Source: Bigelowiella natans CCMP2755
Taxonomy: Eukaryota > Protista > Cercozoa
Length of the DNA: 64,000 nt
Reading direction: 5' to 3'
Assembly: GCA_000320545.1 (NCBI GenBank)
Contig: ADNK01003452.1
Span: 1 to 64,000 of the forward strand
The notes beneath the pieces were generated by a model. The model saw only the letters and a list, made by a program, of their open reading frames with translations. It did not search any database and was not told where the DNA came from. Positions 42,236-54,543 of the stretch are shown here, piece after piece (the stretch's first letter is position 1; the number at the start of each line of letters is the position of its first letter). The position numbers and the translations under genes were made by a program.

Positions 42236-44154
42236 TTGATTATATAATGTCACCTCAGTCTTCATTCATCGTCGTTCATCATCACTATTCTATCACTATT
42301 CTATGCATCAGGTCAACAATAGTCACTGCGTAATAAGTTGCTAATCAACTAACCTCTTTGCACAACTCTTCCTAGCTCATCAGTAGCAAGAACGATGCCT
42401 TCGTTGAAGATATTCTTATTTCCCTGGTCAAAGCCATATTTAAACTCCTGGGCCATCAATGAGCGCCTGTGTGTTGTTGTTGTTGTTGCCGTTATCATCC
42501 ATCGTTTTTTAGCATCATGCAGCACAAAATCACCAAGTCAGCATCATCATTCACTAGAAATCAAGTTGTAGTAGTAGTAATAGTAGTAGTATTAATAGTG
42601 TACACTCGCAGAAGAAACAGTGACGAACCAACATCGTATCACTATGTAGCATCAACCACATATAACCAACCGAATGAATGGAAATATGTTCAATGCAAGC
42701 TTGTTATGGCCGTGTTGCTTGCTCGTAAAATAATTAGAAGCAACAACAAGAACAACAATAACAATAACAGTGTAAGTATGTAAGTACGTACCATCGCTCC
42801 ATTTCTTGAGGAACAGCGACAAACCTTGGAGTTTTGTTGTTATAATAACACCAAGAAGATAATGATGATGATGATGATGATGTCGATGATGATGAGAATT
42901 TGGAACAAGAACAAGAAGAAGAAGAAGGAGAAAAACAATATGTTATTGTCGTATGAGCACAATAAACCATCATCATTATTCTCTTCCCATCATCATCATC
43001 ATCATCATCATCATCATTATCATCATCATAATCCTTAATATAAAAACAGTAGTTGATGGTGAAAGGACGAGGGCATAAACAGCACAGCACTTATCATATG
43101 CGGTAGGTAAGGGAATTAGAGATGTGATACAATCGAAACAAACACCATGGCATCACAGTAATAATTATTACTCTAATTGATTTTTCCCCCCAATCTTTGG
43201 CATTTGAATGACGTTACTGTTGGGGTCTGCCATAACCACCTAGTATGCATCGATCATCATCATCATCATCATCATATAGTTGACAATAATAAGTGGAAGT
43301 AAGGAAAAGAGGAAGATAAAACGATCAGAAAGAAATAAACACACACACACACAAACACACACACACAAACATAGAACATCATTGCTTCATAGTCTCTATT
43401 TCTCTCTATCTCTCCCAGTTTCCCTCGCCACAACAACAACAAATACTACTACTAATACTACTACTAATACTACCGGAACAATAGAAACCCTCTCTTTGCT
43501 AAACTTTGAGACTCCTATTGAAACCCCTTTTGCATCTGCCTTTTTTGCATTCCTAAAGATGATGATGATGATGGGTTGTTGAGGATACCACAATGGTGTG
43601 TCATATCATCATCATCATCATCATCATCAATCATCATCACACATGCTAAAATGGATCATCATTCAATTCGCTGCTACTGGCTGCTGCTAAGTCGTCAGGC
43701 ACACTGTTTCTTGCTGCAGCATCATCATCTTTAAGTATTGATTGAGCATGTACTTTGAGATAATAAACAACATTCCTATTACTACAACTATAGTACCTGA
43801 GACTATCAACAATAAATTTGGCATTTCCAGCCAAGATAACAACACGTCGAGAACCAGAACTCGCATCACCTACATACGTACGTACAGGTATATGAGAGGA
43901 AGAAGAAGAAGAGGAGGGAAAATATCATTTTCACTATTAAGAAGAGGCCACGTACAAGGAGAGGAGGAGGAGTAGCATCGTTCTCACCATTCAAAGTAAA
44001 AGGACAAAGCTTACAAGATTGTCATCATCATCCTCTCCTTCTTCTTCTTCTTCATCATCATCATCATCTACCAGCTCTGAAGTCTTTGAGAGTCGTTGTG
44101 CGTGTATCCAAACCAACATCACTGTCTGTAAACCCCCTTGCATTGTTCCCCCTT

Positions 44155-44198
<44 letters not shown>

Positions 44199-44407
44199 AG
44201 AGAGAAGAAAGCCACGATGTTATTATTCATATATAAGTGTTCCAATCAATGCCATATCATGGATAATTAACGATTGGTGATCCAACAAACAACTTATGAA
44301 CAGGAAAGACTGTTTACACAAAGACAAAATGTGCCCAACCGACAACTTCTACTATTTCTGGTGAAAAGGTTTGAGAACAACAACAACAACCACAACATCA
44401 TGTACTA

Positions 44408-44439
<32 letters not shown>

Positions 44440-45204
44440 GTTTGAAAACGTGTTTACAGAAGTGTTGTCAATGTTGAAGGTGCACAGTATAGTCAGTAGT
44501 GAGGAGCTATACTAATAGTAGCTGTAGCAGCAGCAGCAGCAGTAGTAGTAGCACGCACGTTGATGATGCCTTTGATTTTATGCTAACTTTCATATTTGAC
44601 ATCTGAAACAGAAGGAGGAAGATTATAAGAGAAGAGAAGAGGCAGATAAGAACACACAGCGATAAAATAGCAGCATGTGAGAGCATGTTCTCTTTTTCAT
44701 AATCATCATCATTATCATCATCATCATTATCATGATTCATCATGCACTGATTCGCATACTCATCAACGTTCTTGCTGTCGTTGGATCAGTACACACATCG
44801 ATCATGTACTTTCACTTCCTAGTTAGTACATCAACTGGTATTGCTGCTGCTGCTGCTGCTACTGATTGTGGGTGGTGGTACTACCTTCTTAACCCTCTCA
44901 GTTGCGTTTTTAAGCAGATCTCTGAATTCTGATATTTGCCTGCAATGTTCGTAGCCAAAAGTAAGTAAGTTTCGATAATAAATTAGAGGAACATCAATCA
45001 TTCATAATCCCTCCATTACCTACTTACATGCGACGTTATACTAACTGCTGCTACTACTGCACTGCTACTACTACTACTACTACTACTACTCGTGTTTTCA
45101 TCTAAAGATTCAAACTAAATAATAGTGATAGTGATAGATGTAGCAAATCAGGGAGGAGCTCCTACTGCTTCTGCTACTGCTGCTCAATGAACGACGTATA
45201 TTCA

Positions 45205-45242
<38 letters not shown>

Positions 45243-45585
45243 GGGGTAGCACATAAAACACACGACGACGACGACGCACACGTACTCTTTATCTTTATCA
45301 TTCCCCTTGAGCTCTTGCTTTAAAAGAAACACCATTCCCAGCGCAATTCCAGTGTTAATGGCCAAGTTCTGAAAGAATACCATAACATCAATAACATCAA
45401 TCGTCGTAGGAAAAAACATTTATAGTCATATGCAGTTGTCTTCTCTTTTGATCATTCTTCTTCTTCCTCTTTCCCCCTTTCCTCCTTATCTTCCAGCGTT
45501 GGAACATAATAGGGAAGCTTCTTATATCAGTGCAATTCGTGCTGTTGCTCATGTCTGCGGTTGCTAAGTTGTCGTCGTAGTCGTT

Positions 45586-45622
<37 letters not shown>

Positions 45623-45675
45623 TTGTCGTTGTCGTTGTTGTTGTCGTTGTTGTTGTCGTTGTTGTTGTCGTTGTT

Positions 45676-45713
<38 letters not shown>

Positions 45714-45903
45714 ATATGATCTCCAATTGCTGTTGCCATTTTTAATGAGTAGTACCTGTGACGCTTGCTCAAGAGGAATCGTTTCCTTCCCAGTTAATGC
45801 ACCTTTTTTACAATAAAACACATATGCAACCAAACATTCATATATTTATACAAATATTATAGATTATTTGTGCGTGTGTGTCTGTGTGCCTACGTGTGTG
45901 TGT

Positions 45904-45944
<41 letters not shown>

Positions 45945-46818
45945 ATCGCAATCTCGAAAGATATATATCATCACAGCTACTCATCAACAAAACCAAGCAG
46001 TATGTTCTCCAAAAGGCTAGTCTAGAGTGAGTTGAATACTAATCTGGTACTGGTGGTGGCATCTGCCTCTCTATAGTTTGTATTGCTCAAGACACTAAAG
46101 ACCCAATTCCTACCTATAGTCTGCGTTGCTGACACTAAAGATCCAAGACCGGAAGCGACTCCAGCACCTAGACATCATCATCATCAGCATAGATCATATA
46201 AGCCTTCTTTTTTATGACCACTGCTATACTTCCATCCTCCCATCTCCGAAGCAGTTTTCAGAAAAGGAGGGGAGGGGGGAGAGGAAGATAGGTACATCTC
46301 TGCTTCTGATGTTACCACTATATCCGGTAAATAGTGTAGTATTCTATATTCCATCATTCTCCTTCGTTTATGCTATGCATGACCATATTTTATGCTATAT
46401 AAAAAAGAATAATATGCTTACTTAAATAACTTAGTACTACTACTACCTCCCCAAATGAATTGTCTAAATCGACGGAATGGGTTGCGCACCTGATGATAAA
46501 AACAAAAATCAAAAGAAGAAATCAAAATTTATCCAAGTGAGGTAGGAGAGAGGGAGAGAGATATGAAGAAAACAGTAGCGATGGTGTTGTTAATTCTCTC
46601 TCCCATCATCACCATCATCACCATCACCACCATCGTCCTTTCTTCCTTCTAATCATCATCATGCCTTCTCTATGACTGTACTACTACGTCTACTACTACT
46701 ACTACTACAACTACTATGTTTCCTTTTCAGTGATCCTCCTCCTCCTCCTATAGCTGCACTACAACTATGTTTCCTTTTCAATTCTCCTCCTCCTATCTTC
46801 CTCCCTCCTCCCTCCTAC

Positions 46819-46854
<36 letters not shown>

Positions 46855-47490
46855 TGCTATATGCTATTTTCCTACTCCTAGAAACAAACGGGAATATGGA
46901 GGGGGGGGGAGGAGGAGGACAAATATACGTATGATGCAACAATAAAAACATCCAAATGCTGCGTGTAATGAACATTTAGGGGTAGTTATCTCTTCTTGTG
47001 AGTTATTTTTTGGTCTCCCTTTCATTTCATTTCCTTTCTTCGTCCTTCTTTACTCTAGTACATACTTCTGCTTCTAGTTCCAGAGAGGTAGTTGAAGATG
47101 AAACGTCGGTCCCTCCTTTTATTTTAATTGGTATGGTAGAGACTGTCATCATCATCATCACCACCATCATCATCATCGTTGATCATATCAGCATCATTAA
47201 TCATCATCACCATCACCATCATCATCACCATCACTTTATGATACATAAACAGGATATGATCAATGATCATAGTCGTATACGATATATCTCTGGTGTTGAC
47301 TGTGTCTACTGTTTGATTAATTACGAATCCGTACTACTACTACTATTTGTACACTACTACTACTACTACTATTTGTACACTACTACTAGTAGTAGTCGTA
47401 TATCTTAGATGTTCTTCTAACAACAAACCACTTATTGAAGCGATAAGCTCTTGAAACCCCTCTGCCTTACCTATTTGTTAAAATGGGGAG

Positions 47491-47534
<44 letters not shown>

Positions 47535-47796
47535 GGGGGGGGGGACATCATCATCATCATCATTGTCATATTAATTCATTATTACATACATCAATTGTCA
47601 TCAGCATTAAAGAATCTGCATTATTCGTTGCAGTTTAAGCTTCCCCATCAGCATCAACATCAGCAGCACAAAGCAGCACTGGATGATAGTATCTTTACAG
47701 TACCAATGATAATCTACTAATAGCCATTTATCCATAACTATCTTCACTACTACTGTTATGTAACTACTACTATTACTACTACTATTACTACTACTA

Positions 47797-47828
<32 letters not shown>

Positions 47829-48921
47829 ACGATATAATAACTAATACAACTACTACTATTACAAATACGTACGTAGAGGCGCCAAGTCAGCATCTTTTAG
47901 AATCTATATAGCACGCAAAAATAAGTATTGTAACAATTAGTATAGAGCAGTAAATTAGTGACATATATAAGGAAGAAAACATAGCATCACTTATTGTCGT
48001 ATGTTGTGAATTCTCCTCTCATTGTGCATAACATAACATCATTTGTCCTCTTTTTCTTCTTCTTCTCCTTCTTCTTCTTCTTCTTCTTCTTCTTCTTCTT
48101 CTTCTACTCATCACAATCCTCATAATCATGATCGTAGTACTTGCTTAGCTTCATCGTATCCCATCTCCACGGCCTACCCACACAAAGAACTAGATAAGCA
48201 ATTAAGTACTACATACAATGTACGATTATTCTAGCAAATGCAGCAGTAACAGCAGCTCATGTAGCCTCTTCTTTCAATGCTGGTTACCTCTCGCATCATC
48301 ATCATCATCATCATCATAATCATCATCATCATGGTTAAAGAGTATTATTAGGGTATTATGGTCATTAGGAAGGGGGGTGGGTTAGACAGGAGGATTGATC
48401 AACACAAATAGCACCTGTCTTAGTGCATTTAGTCCTTCATCAGCCCTCTTCAACTTTGCGTAGCTTTGGGTCAGCAGGTTGAGGAAGAGGAGGAGGAGGA
48501 GGAGGAGGAGGAGGAGGAGGAGGGGGCATCAGTATTAGGAAAGAAGCAGCATCAGCAGCCTCAGCATACATATTGTGATGTCAGTATTATTATAGGGTAG
48601 AGGATGATGTGCCCATGTTTGCATAATACGAAGTTTTTGTGTATCTTCTTCTTATTTCTGTGATGATAAGTCATTATCGTTGACCATTCTTCCATGGCTC
48701 CATATTACAACAGCAACAACAACAACAACATACCAGCAGGCCATATCGTAGTATGCAGCTTGTTTTTCGGCCTTTTCATTCTAAATAATTCAACAGTTGT
48801 TATAAAACAACAGACCCTCCCCTCTCCGTCTCTCCACACACAGCTTCAAATGGATAATACTTCTTTCTTACAAGTTACTCATACATTCCCCTCTCCACCA
48901 CACTACTACAATTACTACTAC

Positions 48922-48975
<54 letters not shown>

Positions 48976-50027
48976 CACACTAAAAACACAATAACCACCT
49001 GCTTTGGAGGTAGTGATAAAGCAGCCTCAAACATAGAAAGGGCAGCTACGTACTCGCCTGGTGAGGAATAGGTTAATACTGTTAATAATGCTGATTCTAC
49101 TGTTACAATGACGACATCATCAGTGATCTCTACAACACCAATAACAACAATAACAAGAAATACTACTACTACTACCTTTTTCATATTGTTTTAGGCCTTC
49201 TTCCACAGCAGCACGAATCGTCGTCTATTTATCAAGGGAGTCAGTGCTTCTTCTTCTCCCTCCATAGGTGATGTGTTAGAGTAGGCTTGTTATTTTACTC
49301 ACAGCCTTGGGTGATAAAAACGCGGAGGTGGAGGATGAGGAGGATGACCCAGCTGAGACTCTTAGTATTCTTCGTCTCTGGCTAAGATGCAGCTGTTCTA
49401 AGCCTACTGCGGATGCCTTCATTTTATCTTGATCAGAGTATTCATCTGCTGGATGATAAGAGTAGTGGCGAGAAAACCAATTTTGTTAGGTTCATTGTGG
49501 AGAATGTAGTTTACCAAAGAGGATGAAACATCAAGTGAACGTAGTATCCCTCTCATTTTTGTGTTTTTAAGACTATTGTGTCTCCACCACAACCTTTTAT
49601 TAGCATATTATCAAATACCGTTCAAGTTGAGAAAGATTGATCGTCGCGTTGGTCGGTTGCTATAGCGGTATAGTGGTGATATTGAGGAATATTTCCCTGA
49701 TAATGATTTACAAGATTGAAGATCATTTGTTCAGTATTTATGATAACCGAATAACGTGTACAACGAAGCCTTGTTTCAGATATCAATTCGCTGCGACTGT
49801 GGGTAGTTCGTTACATAATAATCCTTCTTACAGAGGTTAGATTTTGTACAGTTTGTATACAATAGTCCTTATATAGAGGTTAGAATGTGAGTAGTTCGTC
49901 GCTCAATATTGTAATTATTACCGAGCAGCTTAGATGATGAAGAAGTAGAATAAGGCAATGTTTTTACCACCCGTCCATGGATAGTGTACGAAACGCTCAA
50001 GAAAAACCAGAATATAGAGTTAAGCAT
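42101..50027 (-). CDS. LPA1: LOW PSII ACCUMULATION 1-like thylakoid PSII assembly factor (TPR + DUF3493), with bipartite plastid-targeting N-terminus
   Basis: Exons give VEEGLKQYEKG|EYVAALSMFEAALSL, EKQAAYYDMACC, ILKDADLAPLR, VRNPFRRFRQFIWG, NLAINTGIALGMVFLLKQE, RRVVILAGNAKFIVDSLR, FVAVPQEMERW and GIVLATDELGRVVQRG|VGLP...WWK*, colinear with plant LPA1 motifs. The N-terminus is hydrophobic (MLNSIFWFFLSVSY), followed by a Ser/Arg-rich transit-like segment. The true start may lie at ~50365. Confidence 0.88.
45567..45712. repeat. Compound (GTCGTT)n/(GTT)n microsatellite in an LPA1 intron
   Basis: ~145 bp of GTC/GTT units; it produces the spurious poly-T, poly-QR and poly-DN ORFs. Confidence 0.9.
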
Positions 50028-50856
50028 CGCGGGTGGTCTCTGAAAGATACTATAAGCGTCCCGTGCACCTCTGCCAACTAACAAACAAAGCACGACCGTA
50101 AATTCTTACGCTTCGCTTTATTGCTGTATGAAATGATATACTTGCTGCTTCTGTGCTATTACAATCTTCATTGTAACAGATACGGATGATAGTATGAGTA
50201 TCCTTCGCCTTAGGTCTAGTATCTTATGTTAGTCTTACCTCCGTTGCGTTCCTGCCGAGAGAAAGAGAGGAGGAGTGGGGGAGAAGTAGTATGAGATGAA
50301 GGAAAGCTACTGCTGTTAAAGGAAATAAATTAGACCTATTTTCCATCTGCGACATCATCATCATCTCGTCGTTCGAAACTAATCAACACTCGATGCAAAA
50401 TATACCGCGTAGTGTGCTCTTCGTCTGAGGAAATAAAATGTCTCGATCGTGAAATTGTGCGGAAAAGTTATAATTTTTAAAATATCTCAAATTATATAAG
50501 TTCTGAAGAAAGCGACTGAATAAATAGTAAATTTTTTTAGTAAAACGGTATCTTTAGTCAATCTTAACTCTCACCAAATGTCAACTACTACAAGCTATAG
50601 AGCATGATTGGCATTCTAAAAGTGCGTCTTACATAATATGTTGTCGCAGATTTAAGAAGCATAGAGCGAAAAGGCGCTTTCATCTCTGCCCCCATACCAC
50701 TTCTCATAGTACTTCTTTTCCTTCTTCGGTTCGCCGCCTCGTGTACACCTCCCCCTTCCTGAAAATTAAAAAAAACGATCAGATTTCTGTATAAATGTGT
50801 ATAAAATGCATAACTATTTACATGTTTGTGTGTGTTTGTGTTTGTGCGTGCGTGCA

Positions 50857-50887
<31 letters not shown>

Positions 50888-50983
50888 ATATTTTTATCCC
50901 AAAACATCATATATGCATTCTCTTACATCATCTTCAAAGTATAATGAAATATTATTATTGTAATGGGACATATCCAGGTGAAA

Positions 50984-52178
50984 ATGTCGTATTCATTCCG
51001 CCTTGCAGTTGGCATGATGGCTTTTGTTGCCTCAACGATACTCTTCGTCAATATTTCAAGTCGAAGCGCTGTTCTTGCAGCCCCAGTGAAGCCACCTTAC
51101 CGTGGAACCCCAAGTGATACATTCTTTCCACGTTGTATTTCTCTCGTCTGCTCGTGACATTTATTTTTGTCTTTCCTTCTTACCTTGTGGGTGGGTTATT
51201 TATTATTCTTGGGCGGGTTGGGACATCAGTGGGTCAAGGCGCGAAGATGCATTCTTACTCTGCACCGCAATCAATGGCACCACAAGCACCTGCACAAATG
51301 CCGGTTCAACAGCAGGCACCAGCTACTGCCTATTCTCCGCCAGCACAATCTCAAGGTATAGTTGATTGCCTGAACAGCCATGGTATGCAAATAATGATTA
51401 AAATACTACTGTGCTCAACGAAAGGTGATATCAACATCCACTCAAGCGGCATATCTTCATCGTCGGGACTGCCATATAGAGCAGAACAAATCGGCATCGA
51501 AGCAGCGCTTGAGCTTGCAAACAGAAAACGGGATGTTAGGGCTGTTAGATTACTTGAGAGGTGGTGTAACAATTTATTATTTGGTTCTCAGTGCCTGGAG
51601 CTGTTCGTTGTGTGAGTCATCATCATCATTCGTATTTTCTTTCAGAGCCAAAACTGGTGCAGGAATGCCAAGTAGCAGTGCTGCCTCCGCACAGCTTCGT
51701 TCTTCACCTCCGAACTTCGAAAGCACTCCTCAAGCGCAACCTCCGGCATACTCTTCATCTCCCCCCCCTGTCTTTGCAACAAACTCAGGCCCGCTTCCAT
51801 ACAATGCAGAGCAGGTCGGAATTGGAGCTGCCATCGAGATGGCTCTGAGAAAGAAAGACACAAGGGCAGTACGCATTCTTCAATGGTAGGTCAGGTTGGG
51901 TTATTTAGTTACCCTACACACGATGAAGAGGAGGGGTCAAAGAATAGTGTTCCAAATATCACACACGTTGTTCATTACGTTCTACCAACAAGCAATAACT
52001 TAATTTGACACAATACCAAGACATATGCTGAGTCTTATGGCAGGGTAATAGTGAATAGACAGCATGGTGGGAATCTAAACACAGACCTTTGTCCAAAGCA
52101 AATGCGAACAAATATCGTATGAAACTCAGGGCTAGGGAGGAGATGCAAAGTCAAATGGCAGCATCACCACATTATTGA
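50984..52178 (+). CDS. Predicted plastid-targeted protein with two ~32-aa helical repeats separated by P/S/A/Q-rich disordered linkers (5 exons)
   Basis: Signal-like MSYSFRLAVGMMAFVASTILFVNISS plus transit-like RSAVLAAPVKPPYRG. Repeats are GLPYRAEQIGIEAALELANRKRDVRAVRLLER and PLPYNAEQVGIGAAIEMALRKKDTRAVRILQW. The last exon AREEMQSQMAASPHY* ends at 52178. All introns are GT-AG and phase-compatible. Confidence 0.8.
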
Positions 52179-52419
52179 TCATTTCTCGAAATGATGGGGG
52201 ATATTTGCCATAAGGTCTGTAGTACTTGTGTGTGGAGGAGAGGCCAAGTTTTGATATTCGAAATTTTAGATTCTTCATCATCAACACCAAATGGAGAATC
52301 AGCAAACGCTGCACACAGGTAATCTTCATGGTGTATACGGGTTTGGGGAAAAGCGACTATGATCTAACTGGACGAAACAGTAAGAAGGCTGAATATTTTT
52401 TACAGCAAAGCAATGTACG

Positions 52420-53572
52420 TGCCATGCATGCCACTGTCGTGCACACTATGTGCATCGTGTCATGTTGAAAACCTAAACGTGCGGTCATTGTCTAGCAGAT
52501 GAGGGTAGACAAAATGCTTCATCTTTTATCACACTCCCATGTCTACTTCGAACATCCATCTTCCTCATGTCTCCGTGGTGGAAAAAGTGACAACAGTTTG
52601 AGCCCCCATGTGAGAATGCACAACTCGGTCAAACCCGGTGACACTTGTCTGCAGCGCAAAACTAGAAAAGGCGAGTTGTGCGCGTGCGCGCAGCGTTACT
52701 AATTGATGAATGTGATCACTTATTAACACATCTGCAGTTTGGCCGAGCGTCAAAATGCAATTTTTGACCGAGAAACAACCATCTGCAACAACGTGTCATT
52801 TTCGAAGGCCAAACCGCTGTTTTTGCGACAACGTGAGAACTTTGGCAAGAATTGCAAGCAATGTGCAGCGCTGCAGCAAGCAGTGTTTTGAACACGCAAG
52901 CGTGTGCGCACACGCCAACTGCGTGCACACGAAAATTCCCAGCTGCGTGCGAACACACCTTGCTTTCTCACTGCTGCGCGCTGAAGCTTCAAATCGCTTT
53001 CAAAAGCTCTCGCTTGCTCAAACACAAAGTTCACACTGGCTTACAGGTTTGACCGAGCTGTGTGCATGTGTCAGGTTGAGTGCGCTGCTATGTGCCACGA
53101 CCGTGCACGCGCGCAAGGTGGTGCTGTGTGCAATTGGTGTGGATTTTGCTTGTTGTTGGGATTCGACACATCGATTGCGTTGTGCGCCACAAAACCAGCA
53201 AAGCAGGATGATGGACAAGCAACGTGTTGCATCACATTGCTGCGTCCGTTGCTAGGTTGTCAGGCAGCACGATGCCATCAACACAGGTGCCGCGTGCGCT
53301 GCGTGCAAGAACCTGAGAGTGTGTGCGCTCACTCACCACGTGCCAGCACGCTGCATGCATGCCTCGATCAGAGTGTGCACCAATCTAGCTAGCTAGCAAT
53401 CTCAGTGTTGCACGTGACACAGCATGCCAGCATGCTGGCATGCTTGCACAGCTTTGATCACACGATGCATCACGTGGGCTTGCTTGGTGAGCTTGTCCCT
53501 CCGCTGCCTGCATTGTCCACACCTGCAACCAGCTAGCTGAACCCACCACCACACCAGCATGCGATGCCAGCA
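52420..53572. other. TpA-depleted island 4, left part
   Basis: 52741-53572 (832 bp): 7 TpA, 5 of them in CTAG. CpG is abundant. Confidence 0.85.
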
Positions 53573-53898
53573 TGTAGCGCGTACCACTACGCGGGCACAA
53601 GTCACGTGCGACAACAAAGGGGTTGTCGCGGATATAGAATATAGATAACGTAGATATTAATACAGCATAGGCACGTGGGTTCCGGCGGGACTCATGGCAG
53701 CACACCGGAAGTGTGCTGCCCCACGTGCGGCGGCATTCGCGAAAGCTTCGCGAATGATTACGCAGTGCACGATTTAATAAAAATATAATCTTTAATAAAA
53801 ATAAACACAACTCTTCAAAAGGAAGCAAACGTGCCTTTCCCCCCCCCTGCCTACTTGTGCACGTAGCGCCTCGGCCTGTGAACACCTTACGCGCAACA
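53573..53898 (+). repeat. 5' LTR (326 bp)
   Basis: TGTAGCGCGTA...TACGCGCAACA (10/11 terminal inverted repeat), AATAAA signals at ~53775-53805, identical to the 3' LTR by eye. Confidence 0.97.
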
Positions 53899-53903
53899 AC
53901 CTT

Positions 53904-53920
53904 TGGCTTCCACACACGGG
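53904..53920 (+). promoter_or_regulatory. Primer-binding site (tRNA 3'-end complement)
   Basis: TGGCTTCCACACACGGG begins with TGG (complement of CCA), 5 nt after the 5' LTR. The tRNA identity is not established; it would end ...GUGGAAG-CCA, resembling Glu/Asp-type acceptor ends. Confidence 0.7.
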
Positions 53921-53937
53921 AAACGATTTGACTAACA

Positions 53938-54543
53938 ATGTCACAGCAGCTAGAAGAACAGCAGGACTTTGGCTCGCAGGCCGTGCAAGGGCACGAGCAG
54001 AAACAGGAAAGGAAGGGCGATACGGACGCTAAGGAAGGAGGAGGAACACCTCCACAGGCACCGCCGGGACCAGCACCCGGGATTAAGAAAGCAGATGCAG
54101 CAGCAGAGGCACTGGAGAACTTCTACGAGGCGGACGACGAGGACGTGGCCGCCGAAAGCAAGAAGGTCGTAATGGCATTACGAGCCTTGCGACCCAGGGC
54201 GAGCAACTACGCCAAACTGAAAGTATCGATAGAATACAAGTATCAGACACATGATGTTTGGGCAGCTATCATGCAGGACATCATGGATTACGAAGCAGAC
54301 TTACCTCCAGAGTGGGCAGCTTTGTTTAGGAACGACGGGGGTCTGGGCGCCTCGCGGGGGACGACCCAGAGCACCGTCAAGCAGCAGCAGCCGGTACAGC
54401 GGAACACCCAGTTCATGTCTGTTAAAACAGCACCGGTTATGATAACGAAATACAACGGGAAAAGAGGTGAGGCAAGGAGGTGGTGGAAGAACGCTAGGAG
54501 TATACTCTGCGACTTTACCACGTTGCGGATACTGCTCACGTAA
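53938..54543 (+). CDS. gag: Gag N-terminal ORF (201 aa), capsid apparently truncated
   Basis: ATG lies 18 nt after the PBS. The ORF ends shortly after the capsid-start-like motif ITKYNGKRGEARRWW. Confidence 0.75.
   Translation: MSQQLEEQQDFGSQAVQGHEQKQERKGDTDAKEGGGTPPQAPPGPAPGIKKADAAAEALENFYEADDEDVAAESKKVVMALRALRPRASNYAKLKVSIEYKYQTHDVWAAIMQDIMDYEADLPPEWAALFRNDGGLGASRGTTQSTVKQQQPVQRNTQFMSVKTAPVMITKYNGKRGEARRWWKNARSILCDFTTLRILLT

Noticed and set aside
45397-45833. Poly-T, poly-QR and poly-DN ORFs, and the many YIYI/CVCV/ERER/HTHT ORFs in the track
   Set aside because: These are translations of intronic microsatellites.
53671-53756. Hammerhead ribozyme (retrozyme) in the LTR
   Set aside because: A three-way junction is present, but the CUGANGA and GAAA core is not correctly placed on either strand.
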